The notes under the pieces were generated by a model. It ran no database searches. It was not told the origin of the DNA and saw only the letters and a list, made by a program, of their open reading frames with translations. The position numbers and the translations under genes are program-made. DNA of 64,000 nt from Candidatus Bathyarchaeota archaeon. GTDB lineage: Archaea; Thermoproteota; Bathyarchaeia; TCS64. This document shows, one piece after another, positions 39,313 through 49,188 of this stretch; the stretch's first letter is position 1, and every line of letters begins with the position of its first letter. The stretch is taken from assembly GCA_963769425.1 (NCBI GenBank), contig CAVYLP010000006.1, forward strand, positions 352,001-416,000, read 5' to 3'.

Positions 39313-40506
39313 TTAACTCGTAGCTAGGAAGGAGGCTACCTGCGCCTGAGTCCCTTGAGTGACCCTCGTGTAGCTCCCGTCAGTCAAGTTGATCCTGTAG
39401 AGTCTGATCTGGGTTATCGAGCCGGTCTGTGAGGCCCAGTGGTCGTTATAGTTCTGAAGCTCGGCGGCCGCTGCGTTTTGGGTTATCGACGAATCAGTTG
39501 TGGTCAGGTAGTTACCGGCTGGGTCGAGGATGGTGAGCTTCCCACCCGTGACCGGCATGAAGACCGCTACGTGGGAAGAACCGTCGGAGAAGTCCAGCTC
39601 CGTGAGGTAGAGGTTATAGTCGGTGCCCACGATGTACTTGTTATAATACCGCAGCATGGCGAACTCGAGCGCGGCCTGGTCGTCGCAGTCCCCCTGCTTG
39701 TACTGGAGGGTGAAGTCGGGCCGCTGCACGTAGTTGTCCATCGTCGCCACTTTGAAATTTGTCAGGTACCTGACCCCGTTGACATCCTGGTACGAGTAGT
39801 AGCCAATGTAGGGGAACTCGATGTCATAGACGTACTTGACGTTGGCCGTGATGTATTCGTATATCCTCTGGTAGTTGGCCCAGTCGTTCGTCGATGAGCC
39901 TATAATGCTCCTGACAGTCGTCTCCATCTTCAGCACCTCGGCGGTTGTCAGGGTGTTCTTGAAGCTGTTTACCTCGTTGCAGTAGGCCCAGAGTGTAGAG
40001 TTTAGGCTCCGGACGGCGAGGGACAGCGTCTTGAAGTTGTTCAGTATCTGCGTGTCGCCGGGCGTCCCGTAGACGTTGTTGCTCACCATCGTTGAGAGGT
40101 CGTCGTAGTCTTTCTTGAGTTTGTTATAGTCGGCGGAGAGGGAGGCGAGACCCGTGTCAACGCCACTCTTGAGAGTGTCGTACTGGGAACTAAGGGCAGC
40201 GTAGTTTCCCTGTAGGGTGGTGTGCGTTGTCTGGAGTGTGCTGTAGCTCGACTGGAGTGTGGCGTAGCTCGCCTGCAGGGAGTCGTACTGTGATTGGAGG
40301 AAGGCTTTGCTCGCCTCCAGCGACGCCTTGTCCTGCGAGAGGCCCTGGTTGCTCGTGTTAAGCGACGTAACTTGTTGTTGGGATGTGGCTAGTTGTCCTT
40401 CGAGCGAATTGATATGCGGCGTGTACATACTCAATGCGAGGAAGTAGCTACCGCCGCTCCCGAAGAGCAGCATTGCGACCAATGCGATTGGAACCCATTT
40501 GTCCAT
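39313..40506 (-). CDS. Exported/membrane-anchored coiled-coil protein with a transglutaminase-like domain
   Basis: N-terminal TM, Y/L heptad repeats, triad motifs GDCDD, SHVAV, ILDP. Confidence 0.8.
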   Translation of the reverse strand: MDKWVPIALVAMLLFGSGGSYFLALSMYTPHINSLEGQLATSQQQVTSLNTSNQGLSQDKASLEASKAFLQSQYDSLQASYATLQSSYSTLQTTHTTLQGNYAALSSQYDTLKSGVDTGLASLSADYNKLKKDYDDLSTMVSNNVYGTPGDTQILNNFKTLSLAVRSLNSTLWAYCNEVNSFKNTLTTAEVLKMETTVRSIIGSSTNDWANYQRIYEYITANVKYVYDIEFPYIGYYSYQDVNGVRYLTNFKVATMDNYVQRPDFTLQYKQGDCDDQAALEFAMLRYYNKYIVGTDYNLYLTELDFSDGSSHVAVFMPVTGGKLTILDPAGNYLTTTDSSITQNAAAAELQNYNDHWASQTGSITQIRLYRINLTDGSYTRVTQGTQAQVASFLATS

Positions 40507-40639
40507 GGAGAAGCTGGAGGCTCTTCCACTCATATTGTTTTTGAGGGGGTCCCGAAGTGGGTACGCCTATGGGCTTGATTTTCGGTGGTCTTGTCGTCAA
40601 GTCTTTATTCTGAACGCATCGGTTTACCCTTGATAGTGC

Positions 40640-41659
40640 ATGGGTGAACCGGTGACCTATCTTACTGAGGAGTCCTATCGTCCCGATTGGCTGAAGGACG
40701 GCGTGACCGAGGCAAGCCTGAAGGCTGTCCTAGGCGCCAAGGTCGAGATCCAGCGCCTGGGGAGGGAGCTGGCGAAAGCTGAGAGGTTTTACCTCGTCGG
40801 CAGCGGGGGGAGCTACAGCGTCCAGTTCCCCGTCAGGTACCTGGCGGAGAAATACACGGACATCCCCGTGCTCCAGTACAGCGGCTGGGAGTTCCTAGAG
40901 CGTATGCCGTGGGCTGCGAATGAGGGCTCGGCCTGCGTCTTTATCTCGCAGAGCGGGAAGACGAAGGAGGTCGTTCGGGCGCAGGAGTGGGCGAAGAAGA
41001 ACGGAGCCTTCACGATGGGGCTGAGCCAGAAGCAGGACTCCGTCATCAACAAGGCAGGAGACATCGGCTTCGGAACCGAGGCTAGGGGCGTCACCATGGG
41101 AAAGCTCACGACCCTCTACCTGCTCTTCGGCACGGTGCTGAAAGAGAAGGGCTTCGAGGTCGGTGGCAGGATGATCAAGGCGGCGGAGTCGCTGCCCACG
41201 GTGCTGCTGCCCATGATCCCGAAGGCGAGGGAATTCGCGAAGAAGACTGCCATCAAGTTCAAGGACGATCAGCAGATGTTCGTCCTCGGCGGCGGCATCA
41301 ACTGGGGCCTCGCCTACCAGTACGCCATCTGCACACTCCAGGAGATGTGCTGGATGCACGCTACGCCCATCAACTACTCGGAGTTCCGCCACGGTCCCGT
41401 GGAGATGTTTACCCCGGGGGCGCCCGCGATCTTCCTACGCAGCAGGGGGAACGAGGGGGAGCTGGAGAAGGCTGTGGTCAACTGGTGCACCCAGAACGGG
41501 GTCAGGGGCATAGTCCTCGACAGCCAGGGCGGCGAGGTGGACAACCTTCTCACCCCCTTCACCCTCTTCGTCGAGCTCGAGTGGCTGAGTTACTACCTGA
41601 GCCTCGCGAAGAACAGGGACATGGCACAGTGGCGCTACTACGACAAGGTCGAGTGGTAG
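40640..41659 (+). CDS. frlB: SIS-domain fructosamine-6-phosphate deglycase
   Basis: GSGGS, SQSGKTKE, ICTLQEMCWMH...EFRHGPVE, C-terminal RYYDKVEW. Confidence 0.8.
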   Translation: MGEPVTYLTEESYRPDWLKDGVTEASLKAVLGAKVEIQRLGRELAKAERFYLVGSGGSYSVQFPVRYLAEKYTDIPVLQYSGWEFLERMPWAANEGSACVFISQSGKTKEVVRAQEWAKKNGAFTMGLSQKQDSVINKAGDIGFGTEARGVTMGKLTTLYLLFGTVLKEKGFEVGGRMIKAAESLPTVLLPMIPKAREFAKKTAIKFKDDQQMFVLGGGINWGLAYQYAICTLQEMCWMHATPINYSEFRHGPVEMFTPGAPAIFLRSRGNEGELEKAVVNWCTQNGVRGIVLDSQGGEVDNLLTPFTLFVELEWLSYYLSLAKNRDMAQWRYYDKVEW

Positions 41660-41765
41660 CCAGCTTACGCCACCTTAGATAAAAAGAAAAATTTTTTTGC
41701 ATTCTTCCTCTGAGGGCTGAATTTCTTAAGGGCCGAGGCGCTCCATTATCAGGGGGGCGAGGTGG

Positions 41766-42755
41766 GTGGCTACTAGGTGGTCGATGAAGAGAGCCTGGGC
41801 TTGGTACGACGGGCAGCCTTGGATCGTGGGTTGCAATTTTATCCCGAGCACCGCGGGGAACCAGTTGGAGATGTGGCAGGCGGACTCCTTCGACATTGGC
41901 ACCATCAAACGCGAGTTGGGATGGGCTGAAGAACTCGGCTTCAACGCAGTCCGAGTCTACCTCCACGATCTCGTCTGGCAGGCGGACCCCGAGGGCCTCA
42001 AGGAGAGGATGGAGCTGTTCCTCGACTCAGCTTTCCGCGTCGGGATACGCCCCATATTCGTCTTCTTCGACGATTGCTGGAGCCAGGAGTCGAGGCCGGG
42101 GAAGCAGCCGGAGCCGAGGCTCGGCGTCCACAACTCGATCTGGGTTCAGAGCCCTGGGACGAAGGTGGTTAAGGACCCGTCGGGCTGGGGGCGCCTCGCC
42201 GACTACGTCCGAGGCGTCATCGGCCACTTTAGATCCGACGAACGTGTCCTGCTCTGGGACCTCTACAACGAGCCGGGCAACAACAAACGGGGGGAGGAGT
42301 CCCTCGGCTTACTGAGGGAGGCATTCAGATGGGCACGTGAAGCGGTGCCGACGCAGCCTCTATCCGTCGGCGTTTGGTTCGACAACCAGGTTCTGAATGA
42401 GTTCCAGCTCGGAGCCTCGGACATCATCACATTCCACAACTACCACGACGCGGAGAACCTCATGGAGCAGATACGCGCCCTTGAAGAATACGAGAGGCCG
42501 CTCATATGTACGGAGTACATGGCAAGGTCGCGGGGAAGCCGATTTGAGACGCACCTCCCTATCTTCAAGAGGAAGCGCATCGGCTGCCTCAACTGGGGTT
42601 TCGTCAGCGGGCGATCTCAGACGATCTACCCCTGGGGGTCGTCGGAGGGTTCACCTGAGCCCGCGGAGTGGTTCCACGACGTACTCCGGAGGGATGGCAC
42701 CCCCTTCGACGAGAGGGAAGTATCGTTCATAAAACAGATCATCGCTGAGCCTTAA
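41766..42755 (+). CDS. Clan GH-A (GH5-like) glycoside hydrolase, no signal peptide
   Basis: WDLYNEP (acid/base), TFHNY, ICTEYMAR (nucleophile), NWG. Confidence 0.85.
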   Translation: MATRWSMKRAWAWYDGQPWIVGCNFIPSTAGNQLEMWQADSFDIGTIKRELGWAEELGFNAVRVYLHDLVWQADPEGLKERMELFLDSAFRVGIRPIFVFFDDCWSQESRPGKQPEPRLGVHNSIWVQSPGTKVVKDPSGWGRLADYVRGVIGHFRSDERVLLWDLYNEPGNNKRGEESLGLLREAFRWAREAVPTQPLSVGVWFDNQVLNEFQLGASDIITFHNYHDAENLMEQIRALEEYERPLICTEYMARSRGSRFETHLPIFKRKRIGCLNWGFVSGRSQTIYPWGSSEGSPEPAEWFHDVLRRDGTPFDEREVSFIKQIIAEP

Positions 42756-42762
42756 TCTCTGG

Positions 42763-43536
42763 CTATGCGTGGCTGACGAAGTCCATCCTGCCGCCGTCGG
42801 CGACGACAACCTGCCCCGAGATGAAGCTTGACTCCTCCGAGGCTAGGAAGAGCACAACGTTGGCGATGTCCTGGGGGTCGCCGATGCGCCTCATGGCGGC
42901 GAGGCTCGCCTTCCTCACGTTTATCTCGTCGGCCTTGGGGCCGCTCTTCGCGTTCGTCATGTCGGTCTTCGTCCACCCTGGGGCGACGCAGTTGACGTTT
43001 ATGCCGTGTGGGCCGAGCTCCTGCGCAGCGACGGAGGTGAGGGCTATGACGCCTGCCTTTGAGCAGCCATAGGCCCCCTCGCCGGTGGGTGCGCAGCCGA
43101 GGCCCGAGATGCTGGAGATGTTCACGATCTTCCCACTCTTCTTGGGTATCATGAGCTTCGCTGCCTCCTGGGTGCAGTTGAAGGGGCCCCGGAGGTTGAT
43201 TGCCATGACGCGGTCCCAGTCCCCCTCGGTCGTCTCCATGAGGCTCGTGGGGATGAGTATCCCCGCGTTGTTGACGAGTATGTCGACGCCGCCGAGGGAT
43301 CTTGTGACCTCGGCGAATATCTTCTTCACCTGCTCCTTGTTGGAGACGTCTGCCTTGACGGTGATGGCCCTTCGGCCCATCGCTTTGATCTCGGCGGCGA
43401 CGCTCTCCGCCTCCTTCGCCCCGTTTATGTAGTTCACGGCTACGCTCGCGCCCTCCCGGGCGAGTGTGAGGGCGACGGCCCTACCTATACCCCTCGACGC
43501 GCCGGTGACGAGCGCCACCTTGCCTTCAAGTTTCAT
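42763..43536 (-). CDS. SDR oxidoreductase (FabG-like)
   Basis: TGASRGIG, NNAG, YGCSK. Confidence 0.93.
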   Translation of the reverse strand: MKLEGKVALVTGASRGIGRAVALTLAREGASVAVNYINGAKEAESVAAEIKAMGRRAITVKADVSNKEQVKKIFAEVTRSLGGVDILVNNAGILIPTSLMETTEGDWDRVMAINLRGPFNCTQEAAKLMIPKKSGKIVNISSISGLGCAPTGEGAYGCSKAGVIALTSVAAQELGPHGINVNCVAPGWTKTDMTNAKSGPKADEINVRKASLAAMRRIGDPQDIANVVLFLASEESSFISGQVVVADGGRMDFVSHA

Positions 43537-43563
43537 GGGAATCATGTTGGCGGCGTAGGCACT

Positions 43564-44058
43564 TTAGACTTTGGGGGCACTCCTCGGGTGGAGGAGTTCG
43601 AAGGACTCGGCGACGACTAGGGACGCCTCGTCGAACCTCTCCCCCCGGGCGGCGAGCACCCTCGTGAAGTATTTCCTGTGCTCGTGGCGCCACGAGTCGA
43701 GGGTGCGATCGTCCTCCCCCTCGGAGTAGGCGAACTCGGCGGTGACCTCGGTAAATGGCTTGATCTCCACACTCGTCGTCCTTATTACGACGGCTGGTTT
43801 CCCGCGTCCGTCGAGTACGATGCTGTAGCCGCCGACCTCGGGGACGGGTTCCCCCCTGTGCTCGTACTCGGCGAGGAGATCGGCTGTGCCGCGCTTCTTA
43901 CCGTCGAGGATGAGGCTCAGAAGCTCGTCGGCTAGGCTGGGGTTGTCGCCGAAGGCCCATGCCTCCCAGTGCGTGTCCTCGGGGACGTTGTTGTGCCTTC
44001 GGTACTCCTCCCAGTACCTCGTTGCCTCGGGTGAGTGCTTGGTCAGTTTCCACCCCAC
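43564..44058 (-). CDS. ASCH domain protein
   Basis: AFGD...ADELL.LILDGKKRGT, EGEDDRTL..WR..H..YF. Confidence 0.88.
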   Translation of the reverse strand: MGWKLTKHSPEATRYWEEYRRHNNVPEDTHWEAWAFGDNPSLADELLSLILDGKKRGTADLLAEYEHRGEPVPEVGGYSIVLDGRGKPAVVIRTTSVEIKPFTEVTAEFAYSEGEDDRTLDSWRHEHRKYFTRVLAARGERFDEASLVVAESFELLHPRSAPKV

Positions 44059-44846
44059 CCGCCTAGGCGCTTGCAGGTCTCTGTGGCTGCCCTGTGCCCT
44101 TCGTCAATGGCGCTTTGGATGGAGGAGCCCTTGAGCCGGGCGCAGAGGAAGGCGGCTATGTAGCTGTCCCCCGCGCCGAGGGTGTCAACAACCTCAACAG
44201 GCAGCGCCTCCCCCCGGTACATCTTCTCGCCGTCGTAGACGAGCGACCCATGCTCGCCGAGGGTCATCACCACGACACCGGGGGTCCTCGCCTTCAGCTC
44301 CCTTAGCCTCCCCTCGGGGTCGAGCCCCTTCGTTATGAGTTCCTTGCCGCTGAAGAAACTGTAGTCGAGGTGGGGGAGCACGCTGAGGGCGTCGTGTTGG
44401 AGTTGGTTGCTGAAATCGAAGCTCAGGATCGGGTGATTTCCCTGCTTTATCCAGGGTATGTGGTTCCTGCCGAAGCCCCAGACGCTGAAGTGGACAAGGT
44501 CGTATGTCCTAACCATTGGTAGGAGCTTGGAAGGGAACTTGGCGTCCTTCTGCACGCCCTCGACGTAGTTTGCGAAGACGCGATCCCCGTCGCGGATGAG
44601 GATTGTGCTCACGGCGGACTCCCCGGGGAGACGGATGACTCCCTCGGTGGATAGGCCCTCGCGTCTCATCTGGTCGATCATGTAGTCCCCCGCCTCATCG
44701 GTGCCCATGACGCCGATGTAGTCGGCATAGATGCCCGGGACCCTGTGTGCGTACACGGCGACGTTGAGGGCGTTGCCCCCGGGGAAGCGCCTCCCAAGCT
44801 CAGTGTAGTTGTCTATACAGTTATCGCCGATGGCTAGGAGCCTCAT
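44043..44846 (-). CDS. frlD: PfkB-family fructoselysine 6-kinase
   Basis: IGDNCIDNY, GGNALNVAVY, DRVF..Y.EGV, SFDFS, VVDTLGAGDSY. Confidence 0.85.
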   Translation of the reverse strand: MRLLAIGDNCIDNYTELGRRFPGGNALNVAVYAHRVPGIYADYIGVMGTDEAGDYMIDQMRREGLSTEGVIRLPGESAVSTILIRDGDRVFANYVEGVQKDAKFPSKLLPMVRTYDLVHFSVWGFGRNHIPWIKQGNHPILSFDFSNQLQHDALSVLPHLDYSFFSGKELITKGLDPEGRLRELKARTPGVVVMTLGEHGSLVYDGEKMYRGEALPVEVVDTLGAGDSYIAAFLCARLKGSSIQSAIDEGHRAATETCKRLGGWGGN

Positions 44847-44894
44847 GTTGCGAGTCCCTTAAAAATCACCGACAGGTGATTTATCAGGATCGCC

Positions 44895-45452
44895 ATGGAG
44901 CTCGACGAGGCAATACTCAACAGGCGCAGCTGCCGAAGCTACGACCAGACCAAGCACGTCTCGAAAGTGATGATGAGGGAGATAGTCCACGCCGGGACGT
45001 GGGCGCCATCGGGGACAAACAGCCAGCCCTGGAGGTTCACGATCCTCAGCGGCGAGGCGAAGGCCGAGTTCATCAAACTCCACAGAACCGACCTAGAATC
45101 AAAGAGGGCGGCGATGACGGAGCAGGCGCAGAACATAGCCTTCTGGAGCTGCACGAGCCTCGAGAAGTCGGATGTCGTCGTCCTCGTCTGGGACAAAGAG
45201 AAGTCGCTGACGAGTCCTCAGAGCGTCGGCGCATGCATACAGACTATGATGCTAAAGGCACATGGTTTGGGCGTGGGCTCACTCTGGGTCGCCGCCGTCA
45301 GGTGGAGCAGGGAGGAGATCACGAAGAGGTACACCCACCCCGACTGGGAGCTCATCGCCGGGGTCGGGTTCGGTTACCCCTCGGAGAAGATGATCGGCAA
45401 GAAGGGGCCACCGAGGCTCCCCGTGGACGAGGTCGCCGAGTTCCTCGGCTAA
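44895..45452 (+). CDS. Nitroreductase family protein
   Basis: RRSCRSY, APSGTNSQPWRF, A.GLGVGSLW. Confidence 0.9.
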   Translation: MELDEAILNRRSCRSYDQTKHVSKVMMREIVHAGTWAPSGTNSQPWRFTILSGEAKAEFIKLHRTDLESKRAAMTEQAQNIAFWSCTSLEKSDVVVLVWDKEKSLTSPQSVGACIQTMMLKAHGLGVGSLWVAAVRWSREEITKRYTHPDWELIAGVGFGYPSEKMIGKKGPPRLPVDEVAEFLG

Positions 45453-45550
45453 TAATCGATACTGATCACTTCGTATCAATCAGCGTACACGTTTTACCGG
45501 CTTTTAATCGTCATCAGGGCAGGTGATTGGGACGCCTTGGGAGTCGTTGC

Positions 45551-46096
45551 CTAGTGTGCTCTGCTCCGGCTCTTGACGGCGTCTCGGATCGCCTTCGCGT
45601 CGTCCCCGTTTATCTCGGCGTGCCAGAAGCGCATTAGTCTGCTCCGGTCGCTACCTGCATTCTGGTACTCGGACGCTTGCATCACCATCTCCAGCTTGTC
45701 GGCGTCCTTGACGAGGCGCGCCTCCTCGGTTGATGAAGAGGAGAACTCGCGCCAGGCGGAGACGTAGGTCGCGAATCGATTCAGGGAGCTTGTTGAACAG
45801 CTTCACCATGGCCTCGTCCTCGGCACGTTTGTTCGCCTCGGGGTCGGCTTCCTTCTGCATGGGGGTGAGGTCGCCCGTCTCCGCCTCGGCGAGGTCGTGT
45901 ATGAGCGCCATCCTCACCGCCTTCAAGGAGTCGAGTCCCTGCTCGTCGCGAGGACTAGGGCGATGAGGGCGACTCGGAAGCTGTGGTCGGCAACCGACTC
46001 GGGGTCAGGGACGCCGGACTCGACCCAGCCGGTACGGGGTATCCTCTTCAGCTTGCCCGCCTCGGCTATGAAGTCGATGAGCCCGTCTGTGTTCAT
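45551..46096 (-). CDS. HD-domain 5'-deoxynucleotidase-like protein (YfbR/HDDC2), two indels
   Basis: LKRIPRTGW..GV..PESVADHS / MALIHDLAEA.TGD / EARLVKDADKLEM in three consecutive segments, with shifts near 45945 and 45770. Confidence 0.8.
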
Positions 46097-46116
46097 GATT
46101 AGTTTGTTGCCTGAGG

Positions 46117-46570
46117 CTATTTGAGGGGTTTCCCGCATCCCGGGCACCTCTTCTCGTCCCAGAAGGTCGGCGCACCGCAGTAGCGGCACTTCCACTTCGC
46201 CCCCTGCTCGAGGAGCCACGCATCGACGTCACCGGAGTTTATCCTGCTCAGGTTCGTCGCGAAGGCTCTCGCCCCTCTTTTTGAAGTAGCGCTCGAACTC
46301 CTCGAACTTGTCGCAGGTGCCGTCCTCGTAGTGGGCGCAGGCGCTGCAGTATTCGAGTCCCTTGTTGTTCAGGCAGGCTCGGCGGGGGCAGTCGACGCCG
46401 TGGGACTCTGGGCCGAGGTTGTGGCAGCCGTCGCAGGTCATCCTGTTGGGAGGCGTCTTCCAGACGTCGCGGGCGAAGGCCTGCGCCTGCTTGTCCCCGC
46501 GGGTCCCCCGGTAGATCGGGCAGGCGCCGCAGTATATCCCGCAGCGCCCCACGACGTCCATCTTCGCCAT
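46117..46570 (-). CDS. DUF3795-like Cys-rich protein, +1 frameshift near 46257
   Basis: CGIYCGAC, CDGC, C..C...C..C. The shifted frame continues NLSRINSG...WKCRYCG...CPGCG. Confidence 0.75.
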
Positions 46571-46612
46571 GGTTAACCATCCCTCAAAGGGGGATAAAAG
46601 ATGGCGGTACCC

Positions 46613-47131
46613 TCACCGCGGCCCGATCTTGTTCACGACGTCCCAGATGGCGAGGCCCTCCCTCTCGGAGAAGCCGAGCACGTTCTCCGCTATCCACGGC
46701 TTGTCCCTGCACTCCAGCCTAATCGCCTCGAACATGACCGTGGGTGTGCAGGGGGTCTTCAGCTTCTGGTTCTCGATGAGTATGGCGAGGTTGTCCGCGA
46801 AGACGAGCGCCCTGTCGAGCTGGGTGACGGGCTTGACGCCGGACCTATGGTCGTGCGCCCTTATGGCGTGTAGGCTCGCCTCGGGCAGCTTCTCCGCGAG
46901 TATCTCCGCCGCTAGGTTGCCGTGGCGCGGCGGGTCGTCCTCGGTGGCGTCGTGGTCTAGGTCGTGGAGGAGGCCGACTATCCCCCAGTCCTGGGGCGCG
47001 GCGGAGAATTCCATGGCGAGGACCTCCATAATCCGGGCGACTAGGATCGAGTGGAAGAGCTTACTGGAGCCCTCCAGCAGGCGGTGGGCCTCACTCTCCG
47101 TTATCCCCACCATCGAGTTGTAGAGGGACAT
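46613..47131 (-). CDS. HDIG-type HD-domain protein
   Basis: HS, GLLHDLD, HG..AAE.L, AIRAH, AD. Confidence 0.82.
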   Translation of the reverse strand: MSLYNSMVGITESEAHRLLEGSSKLFHSILVARIMEVLAMEFSAAPQDWGIVGLLHDLDHDATEDDPPRHGNLAAEILAEKLPEASLHAIRAHDHRSGVKPVTQLDRALVFADNLAILIENQKLKTPCTPTVMFEAIRLECRDKPWIAENVLGFSEREGLAIWDVVNKIGPR

Positions 47132-47251
47132 TGAACCTTAAAAGATGGAGCAGGACCCCGGGGCTAAGGGTGACGTATATTCTATACTTACTACGGCAGG
47201 GAACCCTTTTACGGTACCTGATCGACTTTGTGGGATAAGAGGATCGGGAAA

Positions 47252-48469
47252 TTGGAAATAGACGTTATCTGGATGACAGTTGCTACCGCCTTTGTCGTGT
47301 TAATGGTTCCAGCACTCGGCATTTTCTACGCCGGCCTCGTCCGCAAGAAGAACGTCCTGTCGACCTTCCTGCAGTGCCTCGCCGTCTCCGCGGTGGTCGC
47401 CCTCGTCTGGGCCCTCTTCGGCTACAGCCTAGTCTTCGGCAACAGCATAGGTGGCTTCATCGGCGACCTCTCACGCGTCGGCCTATCGACCGCAGGGAGC
47501 GCTCCCTACGACGCCTACGCACCCAAGATCCCTGAGGTACTCTTCATAGCGTTCCAAGCCACGGTCGCTGGCATAACCCCCGCACTAATACTCGGCGCCG
47601 TCGTCGAGAGGGCGAAGCTGAAGACGATACTCACCTTCAGCGTGCTCTGGTCCATACTCATCTACTCCCCCATCGCACACTGGGTCTTCAACGAGGGCGG
47701 CTGGCTCAGGACCCTAGGCGCCATCGACTTCGCCGGGGGCTACGCCGTCCACATGGCAGCCGGCCTATCCGCGATAGCCGCGGCCCTAGTGATCGGCCCG
47801 AGGATCAAGTCCAGAAATGGGGAGTCCGGGAAGCCCAGCAGCATCCCATACGTCATGCTCGGGGCTGGTCTCCTCTGGTTTGGCTGGTTCGGGTTCAACG
47901 CGGGGAGCACACTCGAGGCTAACAACGTCGTCGCGTCCACGATAACTGCGACGACCCTAGCCGCGGCGGCCGCCGCGATGAGCTGGGTGCTCATCGACTA
48001 CCTCGTCCGGAAGAAGCCCTCCGCCGTCGGCTTCAGCGTCGCCGCCGTCTGTGGCCTAGTCGCCATCACGCCGGGCGCGGGCTTCGTCACGCCCCTCGCC
48101 GCGATAATCATCGGTCTAGTCTCAGGCGTCATCTCTAACCTCGCCGCGACGTGGAGGTCTAAGACGAGCATCGACGACTCTCTCGACGTCTTCGCCTGCC
48201 ATGGCGTGAACGGGACCCTCGGCCTCATCGCCACCGGCCTATTCGCCACGCTCGCAATCAACCCGCTCGGCGCAAACGGCCTCTTCTACGGCAACCCCGG
48301 CCTCGTCGTCTCCGAGCTAATCGGCATAGTCGCCGTCGCAGCCTACTCCTTCATCGGCTCATTCGCCATACTCAGGGCGCTCGGCCTCGTCTCAAAGCTC
48401 AGGGTCACACCTAAGGAGGAAGAGGAGGGGCTTGACGTGGCTGAGCTCGGCGAGTCCCTAGACGAGTAA
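47252..48469 (+). CDS. amt: Ammonium transporter
   Basis: FYAGLVRKKN, DFAGG.AVH, LWFGWFGFNAGS, DDSLDVFACHG. Confidence 0.95.
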   Translation: MEIDVIWMTVATAFVVLMVPALGIFYAGLVRKKNVLSTFLQCLAVSAVVALVWALFGYSLVFGNSIGGFIGDLSRVGLSTAGSAPYDAYAPKIPEVLFIAFQATVAGITPALILGAVVERAKLKTILTFSVLWSILIYSPIAHWVFNEGGWLRTLGAIDFAGGYAVHMAAGLSAIAAALVIGPRIKSRNGESGKPSSIPYVMLGAGLLWFGWFGFNAGSTLEANNVVASTITATTLAAAAAAMSWVLIDYLVRKKPSAVGFSVAAVCGLVAITPGAGFVTPLAAIIIGLVSGVISNLAATWRSKTSIDDSLDVFACHGVNGTLGLIATGLFATLAINPLGANGLFYGNPGLVVSELIGIVAVAAYSFIGSFAILRALGLVSKLRVTPKEEEEGLDVAELGESLDE

Positions 48470-48722
48470 ACCCGATCCTTTTCACCCGACATCCCAGGTA
48501 ATCGGGGCGAACCCGCCCCATTTTCCGAATAAAACCATCGACCTACGCCCTTTAAAAAAAAGGTAGAGTAGGGTAAACCATCCAAGCCAGAAAACGGCCT
48601 CTCCCAGCTAAAGGAGCCCGAAAACCGCGCCACATGAACCCGATTATGTGCCAAAACGTGCATTTAAGCCACACATCCGGCGTGGGCAAGCAGTAAATAA
48701 CCGCCCCGAGTCCATTTGAGTT

Positions 48723-49100
48723 GTGGTCAACCTGAGCGGGACCGTCAACTTCATCGGCTTCGTCGAGAAGATCGACGGCGACTACTCCACCATACACATC
48801 TACCCCCAGTACGCCGATGGGCTCGACGGACTAGACGCCTACAAGCGCCTCTACATCCTTTACTGGCTACATGAGGGAGATAACCCAGAGCGCAGGGCGA
48901 CCCTCAGGGTCGTCCCGAGGCGCCACGGCGCCACTGAGGAGCGCGGAGTTTTCTCCACTCACAGCCCACACCGCCCCAACCCAATCGGCCTCACTATAGT
49001 TGACCTCATGAACATCGAGGGTAACAAGCTACTTGTCCACGGCCTCGACGCCTTCGAGGGCTCCCCCATCGTCGACATAAAACCCGAGGAGCACAGCTAG
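48723..49100 (+). CDS. tsaA: TsaA/TrmO-family SAM-binding tRNA methyltransferase
   Basis: GVFSTHSPHRPNPIGL, GLDAFEGSPIVDIKP. Confidence 0.85.
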   Translation: MVNLSGTVNFIGFVEKIDGDYSTIHIYPQYADGLDGLDAYKRLYILYWLHEGDNPERRATLRVVPRRHGATEERGVFSTHSPHRPNPIGLTIVDLMNIEGNKLLVHGLDAFEGSPIVDIKPEEHS

Positions 49101-49188
49101 CCCGGATAAGTACAGACCATACACCGCTCCGGGCCAGAGACTAATAATTAAATATCATCCAGCCATTCCAGAGGTGAGGCACAACCCG

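Noticed and set aside
47200-47215. NrpR operator upstream of amt
   Set aside because: GGAA-N6-TACG does not complete the GGAA-N6-TTCC palindrome.
48500-48585. GC hairpin (GGGGCG-AACC-CGCCCC) and A-run after amt as an ncRNA
   Set aside because: Too short and unspecific. At most it is a terminator-like element.
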